Shown: positions 48,970-62,271 of the stretch, piece after piece | Position numbering within the stretch: the stretch's first letter is position 1 | Layout: each line of letters starts with the position of its first letter | NCBI GenBank assembly: GCA_002269645.1 | Contig: NIVC01001551.1 | Location: forward strand, 62,001-126,000 | DNA length: 64,000 nt | DNA from: Macrostomum lignano | Lineage: Eukaryota | Direction: 5' to 3' | Program-made: the position numbers and the translations under genes | Notes under the pieces: model-generated | What the model was told of the DNA's origin: nothing | The model's database searches: none | What the model saw: the letters and a program-made list of their open reading frames with translations, nothing else

Positions 48970-51900
48970 ATGTCTCTAATGGCGCACCACTCTGTGCAGG
49001 ACATGCTCAACCTTCAGGCTGCCGCGGTGGCAGCCGCAGCCGCTGCCGCCACATCGTCTTCAACGTCATCGTCATCCCTGGCGGTGTCGGCCCACCTGCC
49101 GACGCTGCCGCCGCTGCCGCCGATGCCGACTTCCCTCGCGGCGAGTGGCGCCTGCAGCCTGCAGCTGCCGCCCGCTGTCCGCCGCATGGACATCGCAGCA
49201 TCCAACGAAGATGAGGACGTCGTTGACGCAGCCGGCAATGACTACGACAATGATGTCGACATGTACGGCATCAGTAGCTCCGGCAGCGGCGACCCCGGCG
49301 GCAGCGGCAGCGGCGGCGGCGGCGGCGGCGGAGGCGGCCAGCTGATGCACGACAGTCACGTGAAGCGGCCGATGAACGCCTTCATGGTGTGGAGCCGGGG
49401 CCAGCGCCGCAAGATGGCGCAGGAGAATCCGAAGATGCACAACTCGGAGATCAGCAAGCGACTCGGCGCTGAGTGGAAGCTGCTCACCGATGAGGACAAG
49501 CGGCCGTTTATAGATGAGGCCAAGAGGCTGCGCGCCATCCACATGAAGGAGCACCCGGACTATAAGTACAGGCCGAGGCGCAAGCCAAAGAGTCTGGTCA
49601 AGAAGGAGCGCTACTTCCCCATCCCGGTGATGTCAGGTGAGTGAATCATCATGACTTCTGGTTTCATTTGGATTCACAACCCCTACTCAAGAAGATTCAC
49701 AACCTACTCAAAAGGATTCACAACCTACTCAAGAGGATTCACAACCCCTCCTCAAGAGGATTCACAGCCCCTCCTCAAGAGGATTCACAGCCCCTCCTCA
49801 AGAGGATTCACAGCCCCTCCTCAAGAGGATTCACAGCCCCTCCTCAAGAGGATTCACAACCCCTCCTCAAGAGGATTCACAACCCCTCCTCAAGAGGATT
49901 CACAACCCCTCCTCAAGAGGATTCACAACCCCTCCCCAAGAGGATTCACAACCCCTCCTCAAGAGGATTCACAACCCCTCCTCAAGAGGATTCACAACTC
50001 CTCCTCAAGAGGATTCACAACCCCTCCTCAAGAGGATTCACAGCCCCTCCTCAAGAGGATTCACAGCCCCTCCTCAAGAGGATTCACAGCCCCTCCTCAA
50101 GAGGATTCACAGCCCCTCCTCAAGAGGATTCACAGCCCCTCCTCAAGAGGATTCACAACCCCTCCTCAAGAGGATTCACAACCCCTCCTCAAGAGGATTC
50201 ACAACCCCTCCTCAAGAGGATTCACAACCCCTCCCCAAGAGGATTCACAACCCCTCCTCAAGAGGATTCACAACCCCTCCTCAAGAGGATTCACAACCCC
50301 TCCCCAAGAGGATTCACAACCCCTCCTCAAGAGGATTCACAACCCCTCCTCAAGAGGATTCACAACCCCTCCCCAAGAGGATTCACAACCCCTCCTCAAG
50401 AGGATTCACAACCCCTCCTCAAGAGGATTCACAGCCCCTCCTCAAGAGGATTCACGACCCCTCCTCAAGAGGATTCACAACCCCTCCTCAAGAGGATTCA
50501 CAGCGCCCATAGGAATTGATAATTGAATTCTTGCCTCGTTACAATTTCGAGTCCATGCAGTTTGTGGCCCAATAGCTGGAAACGAATAACATCATAGCTT
50601 TCTGGTGCAATAATTGGGCATGATAATTAGGCCTTGGGGAAGGAATTAATTAAGCTCCTTCTCTATTTTGTTATGTGAGACCCTCCCGCCTTCACTCCAT
50701 ATACAGGCGGAACAGAGAGAATGTTGATCAAATTCTCCAATTTGGTGCAATTCTCAATTTTTTTGTTTTGCTACACACTGCATGCAGCTGCAGGCAGAGC
50801 CCCCCCTCCCGTTGCGAATTCCGCGACTACAAACTGTTGCCATATGTCAAGCTGGTTTGCAGGGGATGCCTGGTATTCGTTTGTGGGGGCTGATTATGCA
50901 TTTTGCTTGCCCGAATAGATTAGCAGCATCTTATCTGACAATATAAAAAAGCAATTCCAAGTCATCGAAAAATGTTAACCTCCTGCACAGTCATCACGTA
51001 GTGGGGGTGTTTACCGTTTTCCTGTCGACATTTAGACAAGGCTTAACTTGGCTTCGCGTCAGCAACCCGCCAATTCAATTCTGTTCAGGGGGGCTGTTGA
51101 AGTTGGTGCTGAATTGACTTCGAAATCTAAAAATTGGCAATAAATTTATAGTTTTATTATCAGGGCAGGGCGAGACAGCATGAGGTTAAAAATTTGGCGT
51201 AAAAACTCGGCCATCTCGAACTTTAAAACACGTTTTTTGAAGGCCGATTATGAATCCATAATTTTTTTCATAGAAATCCAGATTTTTTAAATCCAGAAAT
51301 TGGCACTTGAAATTGAACCACCACCTTGCAGGCCTTCCGCCGCCACCGCCTCCGCCGCCGCTGCCGCCGCACTTTGGCGCCGGTCTTCTGTACCACCCCA
51401 TGGCCGGCGGCGGAGCGTCCGGCCACCCAGCCGAGGCGCTGCTGGCCATCGAGAAGGCGCGGGCCCTGGCCGCTGGCTTCCCCAGCTTCTACCCTCCCGT
51501 CAGCGCCGCCCACGCTCAACACCACCGGCACCACCCGACCTCATCCGCTGCCGAGCAGCTCTCCCAGCACCTCTACGGCAGCTACGCAGCCGCCGCCGCT
51601 GCCGCTGCCGCCGCGGCCGCCATGCTGCCACCGGGCTATTGTCCGCCGCCCCCGCCGCCCCCGCCGCCGCCGCAGCACGCTCCAAGCAGCAGCAGCTGGG
51701 CCTCCGCTGCTGCCGCCGCTGCTGCCGCCGCCGCGGCTGCTTCGTCCGCCGACTCAGGCGGCTTCTCTCCCGCAGCTGTCATGTCGACGCTGGCCAACGC
51801 AACACCAACAATGGGGACCTCGTCGGCGAGTCAAACATCCGGAACGACTGCGGCTGCAGCTGCTGCCGCGGCGGCAGCGGCTGACTTTCAGAAATCGCTG

Positions 51901-52014
51901 GCCGCGTACAGCATGCTGCTGCAGGCCGCTGCGGCTGGCGGCGGCGGCAGTGGCAGCACCGGCAAGTCGGAACCGGCGCCTTCAGAATCGCCTCTGAGTA
52001 GGTCGCTGATCTGA
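48970..52014 (+). CDS. SoxB2: SoxB2 (Sox14/Sox21-like) HMG-box transcription factor, 449 aa; exons 48970-49636 and 51332-52014
   Basis: [43 protein letters not shown]...[24 protein letters not shown] plus KK.RY.FP, and LLAIEKARA in exon 2, favour group B2. G|GTGAGT...TTGCAG|GC junction is in frame. Confidence 0.93.
49668..50503. repeat. 23-bp minisatellite (GGATTCACAACCCCTCCTCAAGA)n, SoxB2 intron
   Basis: Seen directly. Confidence 0.98.
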
Positions 52015-52229
52015 CCGACCGCGCTTTTAGTTAAGGGACGCACTCTTTGCCATCGAAAAATGGATGACTCGTGTTCGTGTTTTTTTCCTCTTTTTATTGC
52101 TACAGAATCTTTGTGGTGAAAGCTTGTAAGTCTATAAATAATAGTCCGAATCGTCTATTAAAATTACTCCGTTCATTATTGCGTACAGTTAATTTATACT
52201 TCTTTCGCCGGTGTACATGTCTGTGCACC

Positions 52230-52425
52230 GTCTCTTATCAATCGATAATCTGCCACTCCAACACTGAATAAGGTGTATTATCGATCGATACCATCTCTCC
52301 CTTCCTTCGAGATTGTAGATTTGCACGTCTGTTCTTATCGATCGATACCCTTCCTCCCTCCCCCCGGGAGTGTACATTTGTACGTCTGTTCTTATCGATC
52401 GATACCCTTCCTCGCTTCCCCCGTG
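52230..52425. repeat. Degenerate ~50-57-bp tandem repeat with TTATCGATCGATAC core
   Basis: About 4 copies. Confidence 0.75.
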
Positions 52426-53501
52426 AGTGTACATTCATTTGTATCTATCTATGGTTGATTTTACAACTTTAGTGCAGTTGATCCTCCGCACATCTGTTAT
52501 CTATCTCTGCCTTCCCGCTCTTGCCTATATACGCAGGCAACTGTCAGTCTGCAGCGGCTGACCGCGTTCATCTTGCTCTCTAAATAGTTTTAGCCCGCCC
52601 CACCCCTCTCCGTTTCTACTCCCCTACCTGTGTCTCAAAACTCTCAATGCTTTCGTGTAATTATTTAACCTTATCGCTTTTAACTCAATAAGCAGCTTCT
52701 GAGCCCAGGCCGGGTGTACTCATTCTTTTTATTTTTCCCCAATAGGCCAGCCACTCTGCTTGTCTGTCTGGTCCATTCATTGTTTGAGTCTGCAGACCAC
52801 ACAGCTTGATAGCTTCTCAGCAGCCTGCATTGTTCCTCAATTTTTTTGGGAGGGGGAGGGGGAATCTACAGGCAGCTCCGACCACCCGCCTCTATCCAGC
52901 CCCATTCAGTCTGTTTTCATTGCAGAAGTTGTTCTTCTCTATTGCTGCTCCTGTTTTGGGGTGCTGTAGATTTACACACCCCAGTTTATTGATTCTGCAA
53001 AGCTTATTCAGCTAAAGCTATGGTTGAAAATCTATTTACGATGATGCTATGCATGTAAACTTAACATTTGAGATGTACATTGTTGAGTGACACCTATAGC
53101 TTATCTCTTCCTATCAAGTGCGATGTACTTTTGCTAGAGATTTGCCTGATCCCTTTATTCAATCGGCATCACAACGATAGAATAGCACACATAGCAAGGA
53201 TATCATAGGACAAATGGCAAAAGTGTACACACAATTTCTAGTTATGTTCATTCTCCTTGCTAAACTGATTTTGCATCAATATTGCGGGTGCATACGTGTC
53301 CGTAGGTTTATGTTAAATGGTTTCTTTGAAATCTAATATTCATTTTTCTTAGAAATCGAATAAAATTAATCGGATGAATTATGATTTTTTGTTTAGCTGA
53401 ACTGACTCGACCGAAAATAAAATTTCGGTTTTTAAACAATAAACTTCTTTTAATAGGCTAACTAGTTCGTTAAAAGATGTCTCTATCGTGAAGCAGGTGA
53501 A

Positions 53502-53823
53502 GGGGGTTGTAGCCCCGTGGTCAGAGCGTCGGACTCACGAATTGAAGGTCGGGGGTTCGATTCCCAGTCCCACTGGAACAGTTTGTGTCCTGTCCTTGAG
53601 CAAGACACTTAACTCTGCATTGCTTCAGTTCACCCAGCTGTAAAATGGGTGCCAGCATTAGCTGGGGTAATTGAGGGTATGTGGCGACCCCCCCCCCAGT
53701 CCTTGGGCTGAACAGCCGTACGCAGCCTTCAGATGCGCCGCACAATAGCTGCGGCTGAGCTGTCGGTTGCACATCTGGCCCAATTGGGGCAGGTGAAATC
53801 AATTATTGTTTTATTATTATTAT
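53502..53823 (+). mobile_element. tRNA-headed SINE with CORE(MIR)-like central domain and (TTA)n tail
   Basis: A box TAGCCCCGTGG; B box GGTTCGATTCC (53554-53564); CCTTGAGCAAGACACTTAAC..CAGTTCACCCAGCTGTAAAATGGG resembles the MIR core. Confidence 0.8.
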
Positions 53824-55371
53824 ATCAATGCTGAAGCGCCTTTGAACTTCCTTCTGTTAGCTGCAATAATCAGTCATTTCTTCGAAATTCTCCAACCAGC
53901 TCCCGCCGCACAAAGAACAGATACAAAATTGATATCCGATGCTCTTTTTTCAGACAGACAGCAGAAATTAAAATTAGCGCCATAGCAAGCCGTCTCTCTG
54001 CTTTCATGGCCGGCCAATATAAGTTGATAATGGCCGGCAGTCTCCCCCAGCCCGAAGCTCGCTGTAAAACTTCCCATAGCTAAATCCCCTCCGTTGCAGA
54101 GTGTTCACCAGCTTCTTTCCTTTTACACGCTTCTCTCCTACTTGGCTTTTTAATTGCCATCTTAATCTAACCGCCTTACACCTCCCCCCCGACAGTTCCT
54201 TTGTTTGCACCTGCCAATTTTTATTATAGTCCCGGAGCTCGCTAGCGAATCACTGCACCTCCAGCCTGTAGCCATCGCCCGTTGTCAAGGCCAATAACCA
54301 AGGCCGCACTCCATAAAAAGACAACAGCAGTATAGGGTTGCGCAGATTTCTAGCTTCATATATAGAAATTTATTGCGTCAGATAAACAATCGTTTCATAT
54401 GCGTTATTAAACTTGCGCGTTACGAGGCGGTGGGCCCGAGGACGGGGGGGGGGGTCGCTCGTTGCTTTTTTTGCTAGTCATAATCGCGGCCATGTCAGCG
54501 GCTCTTCAAAGAACTGCTTTCTTGCTTTTTGATTAGCAGCTTTGCGGGGTTTTCTTGTTCCACTAGGAGACTTCCTGCAGTTTTTTGGGTTGCTCACGTT
54601 ATAGTTGATCCCAGAGTTTGAGCAGTCTAACTAATGACTCCATGCTGCTGAGCCACAATACACACCAAGCTGAGGAGTTCATTGTCTTTGGGAAACAATA
54701 TGAAGCGTAAAGCATATTTTGGGGGAGTTGGGAAGTGCCGGGGCATTCAGTCGTGCCCTGCTGAAGTCAGGGGGTGATGGGGGCATTAGCCAAGGATATG
54801 AATTTACTCCCCCCCCATCACCTGGATCCTCGGTCTGTGAGCTCATTGGGAAGTTTGTCCCCTCACTGGCAGCCCTCCTCCGCTCCCCAGCATGCAGCAG
54901 TCGTGCAGTCCGACTGTGACAGGCCAATGACCGCGGCAGAGATGATATATGCCCAATGGTTTGTTGGGCTCCTCAAATACAGCAGAATTCCATTGTCTAA
55001 GCTTCCATTGTCAGCCTCATTGTTAAAGCGTCAACAATAGGTTAGAGAGTGGGGGTACGAGAGGGGAGCAGATCCCATTGGGGAGTCCTGTGGGATGTAG
55101 CAATTACAGCATACACGTGTTCATGCAGTTATCTAACTCAGAAAACATTGGACTCAGTTTCCAGGCAGCTACCCCCCCCTTTATCACCATTGTCACCGGC
55201 TTGTTTCAGGCCTCCATTAAACAGAAAAGTAATTAGCAATTGCGGAAAACCCTTGAGGTTGCGTTTTATTATTTTATGAATTGCGCTATAGGGATGGCGG
55301 CAGTTGAAAACATATCGGCCTTCTGTAATAACTGTCGGGTGATTGGCTTTTGAGCTTGCTCAGCAGTAATG

Positions 55372-56570
55372 AACTGGGAAGCAACGGGTCACTGCTGGAT
55401 CGGGTGGGGAAGCAACGGGTCACTCAGGTATATCGGGTAGAGAAGCAACGGGTCACTCTGGCTAGATCGGGTGGGAGAAGCAACGGGTCACTCTGCTGGA
55501 TCGGGTAGAGAAGCAACGGGTCACTCTGCTGGATCGGGTAGAGAAGCAACGGGTCACTCTGCTAGATCGGGTAGAGAAGCAACGGGTCACTCTGGCTAGA
55601 TTGGGCGGGAGAAGCAACGGGTCACTCAGCTAGATCGGGTAGAGAAGCAACGGGTCACTCTGCTAGAACGGGTAGAGAAGCAACGGGTCACTCTGGCTAG
55701 ATTGGGCGGGAGAAGCAACGGGTCACTCTGCTAGATCGGGTAGAGAAGCAACGGGTCACTCAGCTAGATCGGGTAGAGAAGCAACGGGTCACTCTGCTGG
55801 ATCGGGTAGAGAAGCAACGGGTCACTCTGCTAGATCGGGTAGATAAGCAACGGGTCACTCAGGTATATCGGGTAGAGAAGCAACGGGTCACTCTGGCTAG
55901 ATCGGGTGGGAGAAGCAACGGGTCACTCTGCTGGATCGGGTAGAGAAGCAACGGGTCACTCTGCTAGATCGGGTAGAGAAGCAACGGGTCACTCTGGCTA
56001 GATTGGGCGGGAGAAGCAACGGGTCACTCAGCTAGATCGGGTAGAGAAGCAACGGGTCACTCTGCTAGAACGGGTAGAGAAGCAACGGGTCACTCTGGCT
56101 AGATTGGGCGGGAGAAGCAACGGGTCACTCTGCTAGATCGGGTAGAGAAGCAACGGGTCACTCTGCTAGATCGGGTAGAGAAGCAACGGGTCACTCTGGC
56201 TAGATCGGGTAGAGAAGCAAGGGTCACTCTGCTAGATCGGGTAGAGAAGCAACGGGTCACTCTGCTAGATCGGGTAGAGAAGCAATGGGTCACTCTGGCT
56301 AGATCGGGTAGAGAAGCAACGGGTCACTCTGCTGGATCGGGTGGGAGAAGCAACGGGTCACTCAGCTAGATCGGGTGGGAGAAGCAACGGGTCACTCTGG
56401 CTAGATCGGATAGAGAAGCAACGGGTCACTCAGCTAGATCGGGTAGAGAAGCAACGGGTCACTCAGCTAGATCGGGTAGAGAAGCAACGGGTCACTCAGC
56501 TAGATCGGGTGGGAGAAGCAGCGGGTCACTCTGCTAGATCGGGTGGGAGAAGCAACGGGTCACTCTGCTG
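55372..56570. repeat. 33-34-bp minisatellite (GAAGCAACGGGTCACTCTGCTAGATCGGGTAGA)n
   Basis: Seen directly, with recurring variant blocks. Confidence 0.97.
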
Positions 56571-57469
56571 AATCGAGGGTGTGACACAGAACAATACTGA
56601 AAACCTGGTTGTAATCAATTTTGACAGTCTTTGAAGTCAGGGTGCTGCAGCAGGTTTTAAAAGTTCATTGACATTTATTCGAAACGAAGGCACTGCAGAG
56701 AGGTTTAATCCCTGACGGCTTGGACACTGACTGAGTGCTCATAATTTCCGCAGCTGTTTTTCACTCCCCATTTTTCACTCCCCATTTTTCACTCCCCATT
56801 TTACTCTTCCTTTCGCGTGAAATGAGGCATTGAAGCGAGCATCTCCACCCCATTCCACTGTCGACTTGTTGAGTCCAATTGTTTGGCATGACAATGCCCG
56901 GCAGTTTTGCCAGTTTGCTGAGGCCGAGAGACAATATGCGAGACTGGATTTTGGCCTCTGAAAGCAGACTTCCTTTAATTCTTCAAGGCAGAAAGTTGAA
57001 ACTGTAGAAACACACTCCTTTTTTAGTCTTGTTTAGGAGGCTCCCAAAATGAAAGAAGGGCCTTGTCAAAGCATCTGAGCAGCGATTGCTGTCTCTTGGC
57101 AATTTTCCTGAGGTGTGGAGTGGCCAGAGGCACCCAATGTCTGTCTTTGCCTGTGCCCAGAAGCGATCGCAACTCTTGTTCCGATCCCTTTCATTTTCAA
57201 TTTGATTGACACCTCTTGGCCAGCAATTGACATCTTCGTTTGTTGCTGCTGCAAGGACACTTTCTTTTTTGTCGGTTCTCGTTGTGAAGTGTGCCATCTT
57301 GCTTTAAAGCAATCCGACCATGTTGCAGAGCCGACTACAGAGGACCTGCCGACATGCTCAAGAGCTGTGGAAGTGTATTTGAAGACATTTGAAGACAGCC
57401 ACTTACAAGCAGGACTTTGCCGACTCACTTTTTTCTCAAACAATAACAACATAAGATAGTGAAAAAATG

Positions 57470-58450
57470 TTCAGTCAGAGACACAATCAAGCCCAGTCAG
57501 AGACACAATCAGGCCCCAGTCAGAGACACAATCAAGCCCCAGTCAGAGACACAATCAAGCCCCAGTCAGAGACACAATCAGGCCCCAGTCAGAGACACAA
57601 TCAAGCCCCAGTCAGAGACACAATCAAGCCCCAGTCAGAGACACAATCAAGCCCCAGTCAGAGACACAATCAAGCCCCGGTCAGAGACACAATCAAGCCC
57701 CAGTCAAAAACACAATCAAGCCCCAGTCAGAGAGACAGTCAAGCCATAGAGACACAATCAAGCTATATAGACACAATCAAGCTATATAGACACAATCAAG
57801 CCATAGAGACACAATCAAGCCATAGAGACACAGTCAAGCCATAGAGACACAATCAAGCTATATAGACAATCAAGCTATATAGACACAATCAAGCCATAGA
57901 GACACAATCAAGCCATAGAGACACAATCAAACCATAGAGATACAATCAAGCCATAGAGACACAATCAAGCCCCAGTCAGAGAGACAATCAGGCCATAGAG
58001 ACACAATCAAGCCATAGAGACACAATCAAGCCATAGAGACACAATCAAGCCATGGAGACACAATCAAGCCATAGAGACACAATCAAGCCATGGAGACACA
58101 ATCAAGCCATAGAGACACAATCAAGCCATAGAGACACAATCAAGCCCCAGTCAGAGACACAATCAAGCCCCAGTCAAAGACACAATCAAGCCTCAGTGAG
58201 AGACACAATCAAGCCCCAGTCAGAGACAGTCAAGCTCCAGTCAGAGACACAATCAAGCCATAGAGACACAATCAAGCTATATAGACACAATCAAGCCATA
58301 GAGACACAATCAAACCATAGAGACACAATCAAACCATAGAGACACAATCAAGCCATAGAGACACAATCAAACCATAGAGACACAATCAAACCATAGAGAC
58401 ACAATCAAGCCATAGAGACACAATCAAGCTCCAGTCAGAGACACAATCAA
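57470..58450. repeat. Mixed 23/19-bp minisatellite (GAGACACAATCAAGCCCCAGTCA / GAGACACAATCAAGCCATA)
   Basis: Seen directly. Confidence 0.97.
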
Positions 58451-59437
58451 GGGTTCAAAAGCATTGACAACCAACCAGCTCAAAGGTGCACCCAGTCAGC
58501 CGCCAGACCATGTGCAAGCGACTTCAATATCAACCAGTTATGATATGTTTATATTTTAAACCGAGTGTCAATTCCAAATATGGCTGGGGTTGCCGGGGGT
58601 TTCCGGCCCTGCAAAATGCGTAAAAGCTGTTTTAATGGTTTACGGACGATGGACTGCGTGGCAGGTGCGAACGCATGGGAAATGCTATTAGAGGAGAAGG
58701 TAGATTATTCGTAACTCGAAGTCCCAGCAACCGCACGGATCCCACAGAGCTGCTCGGGTCCTAATTGGGAGGACGGCGCCTCGGCCATCGCTCTTCCCCC
58801 CGCGGGATGTTTTTCTTCCCAGAAAATAAAGTGGCCCCTCTTGTTTCTTTCACACGCAGCCCTTGTGAGGCTCAATTCCGTTTCGCAGCCGCAAGAGATG
58901 GAGCGCAGAGAGTGAAACTGTGAAAGATTTCCATAGCATAATGCTACACTTTAATTCGCCTTGTGGTGCAGTGATGTATGTTATTGCTGCACCTTTTCTT
59001 GTTGTTCTAAGCAACGGGAATCGCGGCTCGCTCGCAACCCGTGCATTGTGGGGAGCGGGCCACTCTCACTCTCTATAGCTTCGAAGAATTTCTGCAGCAT
59101 TTTGTTTACACTTGGCCGGGGCAATTAATCTCCCCTTCGGCACTGGGCACCAGAATGGCCGAGTTCAGGGCTGGGATAAAAGCTAGTGGGAAAAGACGAA
59201 CACCGTTCTTTCAGAGCATCGGTGAAAAAATTGAAACGATTTTTCGAACGCAAAAAACAGCAACATCAGCAAGTGCGCTTGTTGGCGCCTGCAATACATT
59301 TTGTAGTCCCGTTCCCTGAAATGTCGAGGCATCATTAATGAAATTTCTTCTTCTGTATTGTTAACTGCTTGCCCCCATGGTAGGCAATTTTCTGTTTAAT
59401 GCGATTCTTCGCATTCCTTCAGCTTTAAGAAGCTTCC

Positions 59438-60065
59438 TTGCTTTGGGAAGTTTCCGTGCTTTGGGAAGTTTCCGTGCTTTGGGAAGTTTCCGTGCTTTGG
59501 GAAGTTTCCGTGCTTTGGGAAGTTTCCGTGCTTTGGGAAGTTTCCGTGCTTTGGGAAGTTTCCGTGCTTTGGGAAGTTTCCGTGCTTTGGGAAGTTTCCG
59601 TGCTTTGGGAAGTTTCCGTGCTTTGGGAAGTTTCCGTGCTTTGGGAAGTTTCCGTGCTTTGGGAAGTTTCCGTGCTTTGGGAAGTTTCCGTGCTTTGGGA
59701 AGTTTCCGTGCTTTGGGAAGTTTCCGTGCTTTGGGAAGTTTCCGTGCTTTGGAAAGTTTCCGTGCTTTGGGAAGTTTCCGTGCTTTGGGAAGTTTCCGTG
59801 CTTTGGGAAGTTTCCGTGCTTTAGGAAGTTTCCGTGCTTTGGGAAGTTTCCGTGCTTTGGGAATTTTCCGTGCTTTGGGAAGTTTCCGTGCTTTGGGAAG
59901 TTTCCGTGCTTTGGGAAGTTTCCGTGCTTTGGGAATTTTCCGTGCTTTGGGAAGTTTCGTGCTTTGGGAAGTTTCCGTGCTTTGGGAAGTTTCCGCTTTT
60001 TCGATGCTTCCTTATTTTAGAAAGTTTCTGTAAGTTTGGAAATTTCCGTGCTTTGGGTAATTTCC
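59438..60065. repeat. 18-bp minisatellite (GCTTTGGGAAGTTTCCGT)n
   Basis: About 30 near-perfect copies. Confidence 0.98.
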
Positions 60066-60959
60066 GGGTTTTTTACACAAGACTTTGTTTTACTAAATGA
60101 TTTAATCAGGTGTTTTTATTCCAGATTCTATATCTAGTGATCCATGGTTCCCCCGCAACGTAAAATATCAATTTGTTGTCGGATTGGATTAAGGACTGAA
60201 ACCCGACAACCTGATTGGATTATCAAAGTAATTTTCAGATTTCAATTAAACATTAAAATGCTTAGCACCCAATCGCATGCAGAGCCAGCAGTTTTCTGTA
60301 ATAATATCCGCCAATCCCCCACCCAAATATTTTTTGCGTAAACACACAAAAAGCAAAGAAATTCGGGTCAAAAAATTTCAAACCATGCAGCTTAATGAGC
60401 GAATTCAGCCCGCATGGGCTCAAGTGGCTGCCCCATAGCGGAATAGCGTAGACAACTGGGTTGCAGCAATCTGAAAGCAACCATCCCCCCAGCGACTATT
60501 CAAGTCTGCTTTCAGATTCAACATTTAGCCAGCTCGGAATTTGTGCAACATTGTGGCGCGGTCTCCGGCTGCCCCCACCCACCCAGTGTGCGAGGGACTT
60601 AGCGGGGACAATACCCGGCCTCAGCGATCCTCAGGGATCTCTGCTATTGGGATCTATTGGGGATAGAAAAAAATGGGGCAAGTTCGAGTATTAAGACGAA
60701 ACTAGCTCCATAGGAAGGGAAGAATATCCCCAGGAGTTGGCAAAGAACTTCAACAATAGCGTCTTAACGAGTGACTGCGCCTCCGCCCACCAATGCAGCA
60801 TTGCTTGTCTAGTCTTCTTCTAGAAGGCTCTTGCAGCTCGCCTTGGGTTAATTTTTGCCAAGTGAAACTGGGCCGTCTGAGGCCTCTGTGCGTAGACAGC
60901 TGAAATGGAATGTGGCTGCGCTCGACAATGACTCAACTTCTGAGCTACCGAATGGCAAA

Positions 60960-61775
60960 TGTGAATCTGTGAGGATTGTGAATATTGGGGATTGTAAATC
61001 TCGGGGATTGTGAAGCTGTTTGATATTGTGAATCTTCGGGATTGTGAATATTGGGGATTGTGAATATTGGGGATTGTGAATATTGGGGATTGTGAATATT
61101 GGGGATTGTGAATATTGGGGATTGTGAAGCTGTGGATATTGTGAGCATTCAGGATTGTGAATATTGGGTTTTGTGAATATCGGGTATTGTGAATATTGGG
61201 TTTTGTGAATATCGGGTATTGTGAATATTGGGGATTGTGAATCTTGGCGATTATGAAGCCGTGGATATTGTGAATATTCGGGATTGTGAATATTGGGTTT
61301 TGTGAATATCGGGTATTGTGAATATTGGGGATTGTGAATCTTGGAGATTGTGAATCTTGGGAATTGTGAATCTTAGGGATTGTGAATATTGGAGATTATG
61401 AGGTTGTGGGGATTGTGAATCTGTGGAGATTGTGAATCTGTGGGGATTGTGAATCTGTGGGGATTGTGAATCTGTGGGGATTGTGAATCTGTGGGGATTG
61501 TGAATCTGTGGGGATTGTAAATCTGTGGGGATTGTGAATCTGTGGGGATTGTGAAGCTGTGTGGGTTGTGAATCTGTGGGGGTTGTGAATCTGTGGGGAT
61601 TGTGAATCTGTGGGGATTGTGAATCTGTGGGGATTGTGAATCTGTGGGGATTGTGAATCTGTGGGGATTGTGAATCTGTGGGGATTGTGAATCTGTGGGG
61701 ATTGTGAATCTGTGGGGATTGTGAATCTGTGGGGATTGTGAATCTGTGGGGATTGTGAAGCTGTGAGGATTGTGA
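60960..61775. repeat. 17-18-bp minisatellite (GGGATTGTGAATCTGTG / GGGATTGTGAATATTG)n
   Basis: Seen directly. Confidence 0.96.
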
Positions 61776-62271
61776 CTTCAGACGCCATTTATTGGTGAAT
61801 GTGAAAACGCTCCCCTTCTAACACCTCTCTCCCTCTTCTTCCGAGGGGTTGGGGGTGAAAGTTTGGCCACATTTTTTATCCCACACTAATTATTTGTGCT
61901 AGGCCGCAGTGGACTATCAGCTTACAGTGACAGGAACTCCCACCGCAGTCCCCATGAGAGTGGCAAGTTGTCACAGGCTCGCCAAAGCTGAAAAGGCATT
62001 CAGCTGCATGGTAATAGAAATTCTATATCGCTCGTCTCTATTTTCCCAAGCTAGCAGCATCCCCCCGTTAGCATCTGCTGCGGCTTTCATTCTGAATATC
62101 TGCAAATTCGAAACCGCCTGCTCAGAGCTGGTCGTGGCGACGAAGAATCGGCTAATTTGCCTTTCAATTTGCGGCCTTTTGGCCCACTTTGCATCTCATT
62201 TATCCGTTCCGTGGCCGAGAATAAAAATATTATTTTCATCTCCTGAGCTGTCCTGGCTGGGCCTACTCACC

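Noticed and set aside
52230-52425. Repeat-spacer-like pattern with palindromic ATCGATCGAT core (CRISPR-like)
   Set aside because: The intervening sequences resemble each other, the context is eukaryotic and there are no cas genes; it is a degenerate tandem repeat.
53502-53575. Possible tRNA gene
   Set aside because: Has A and B boxes but no convincing acceptor/anticodon stems, and continues into a SINE core and tail.
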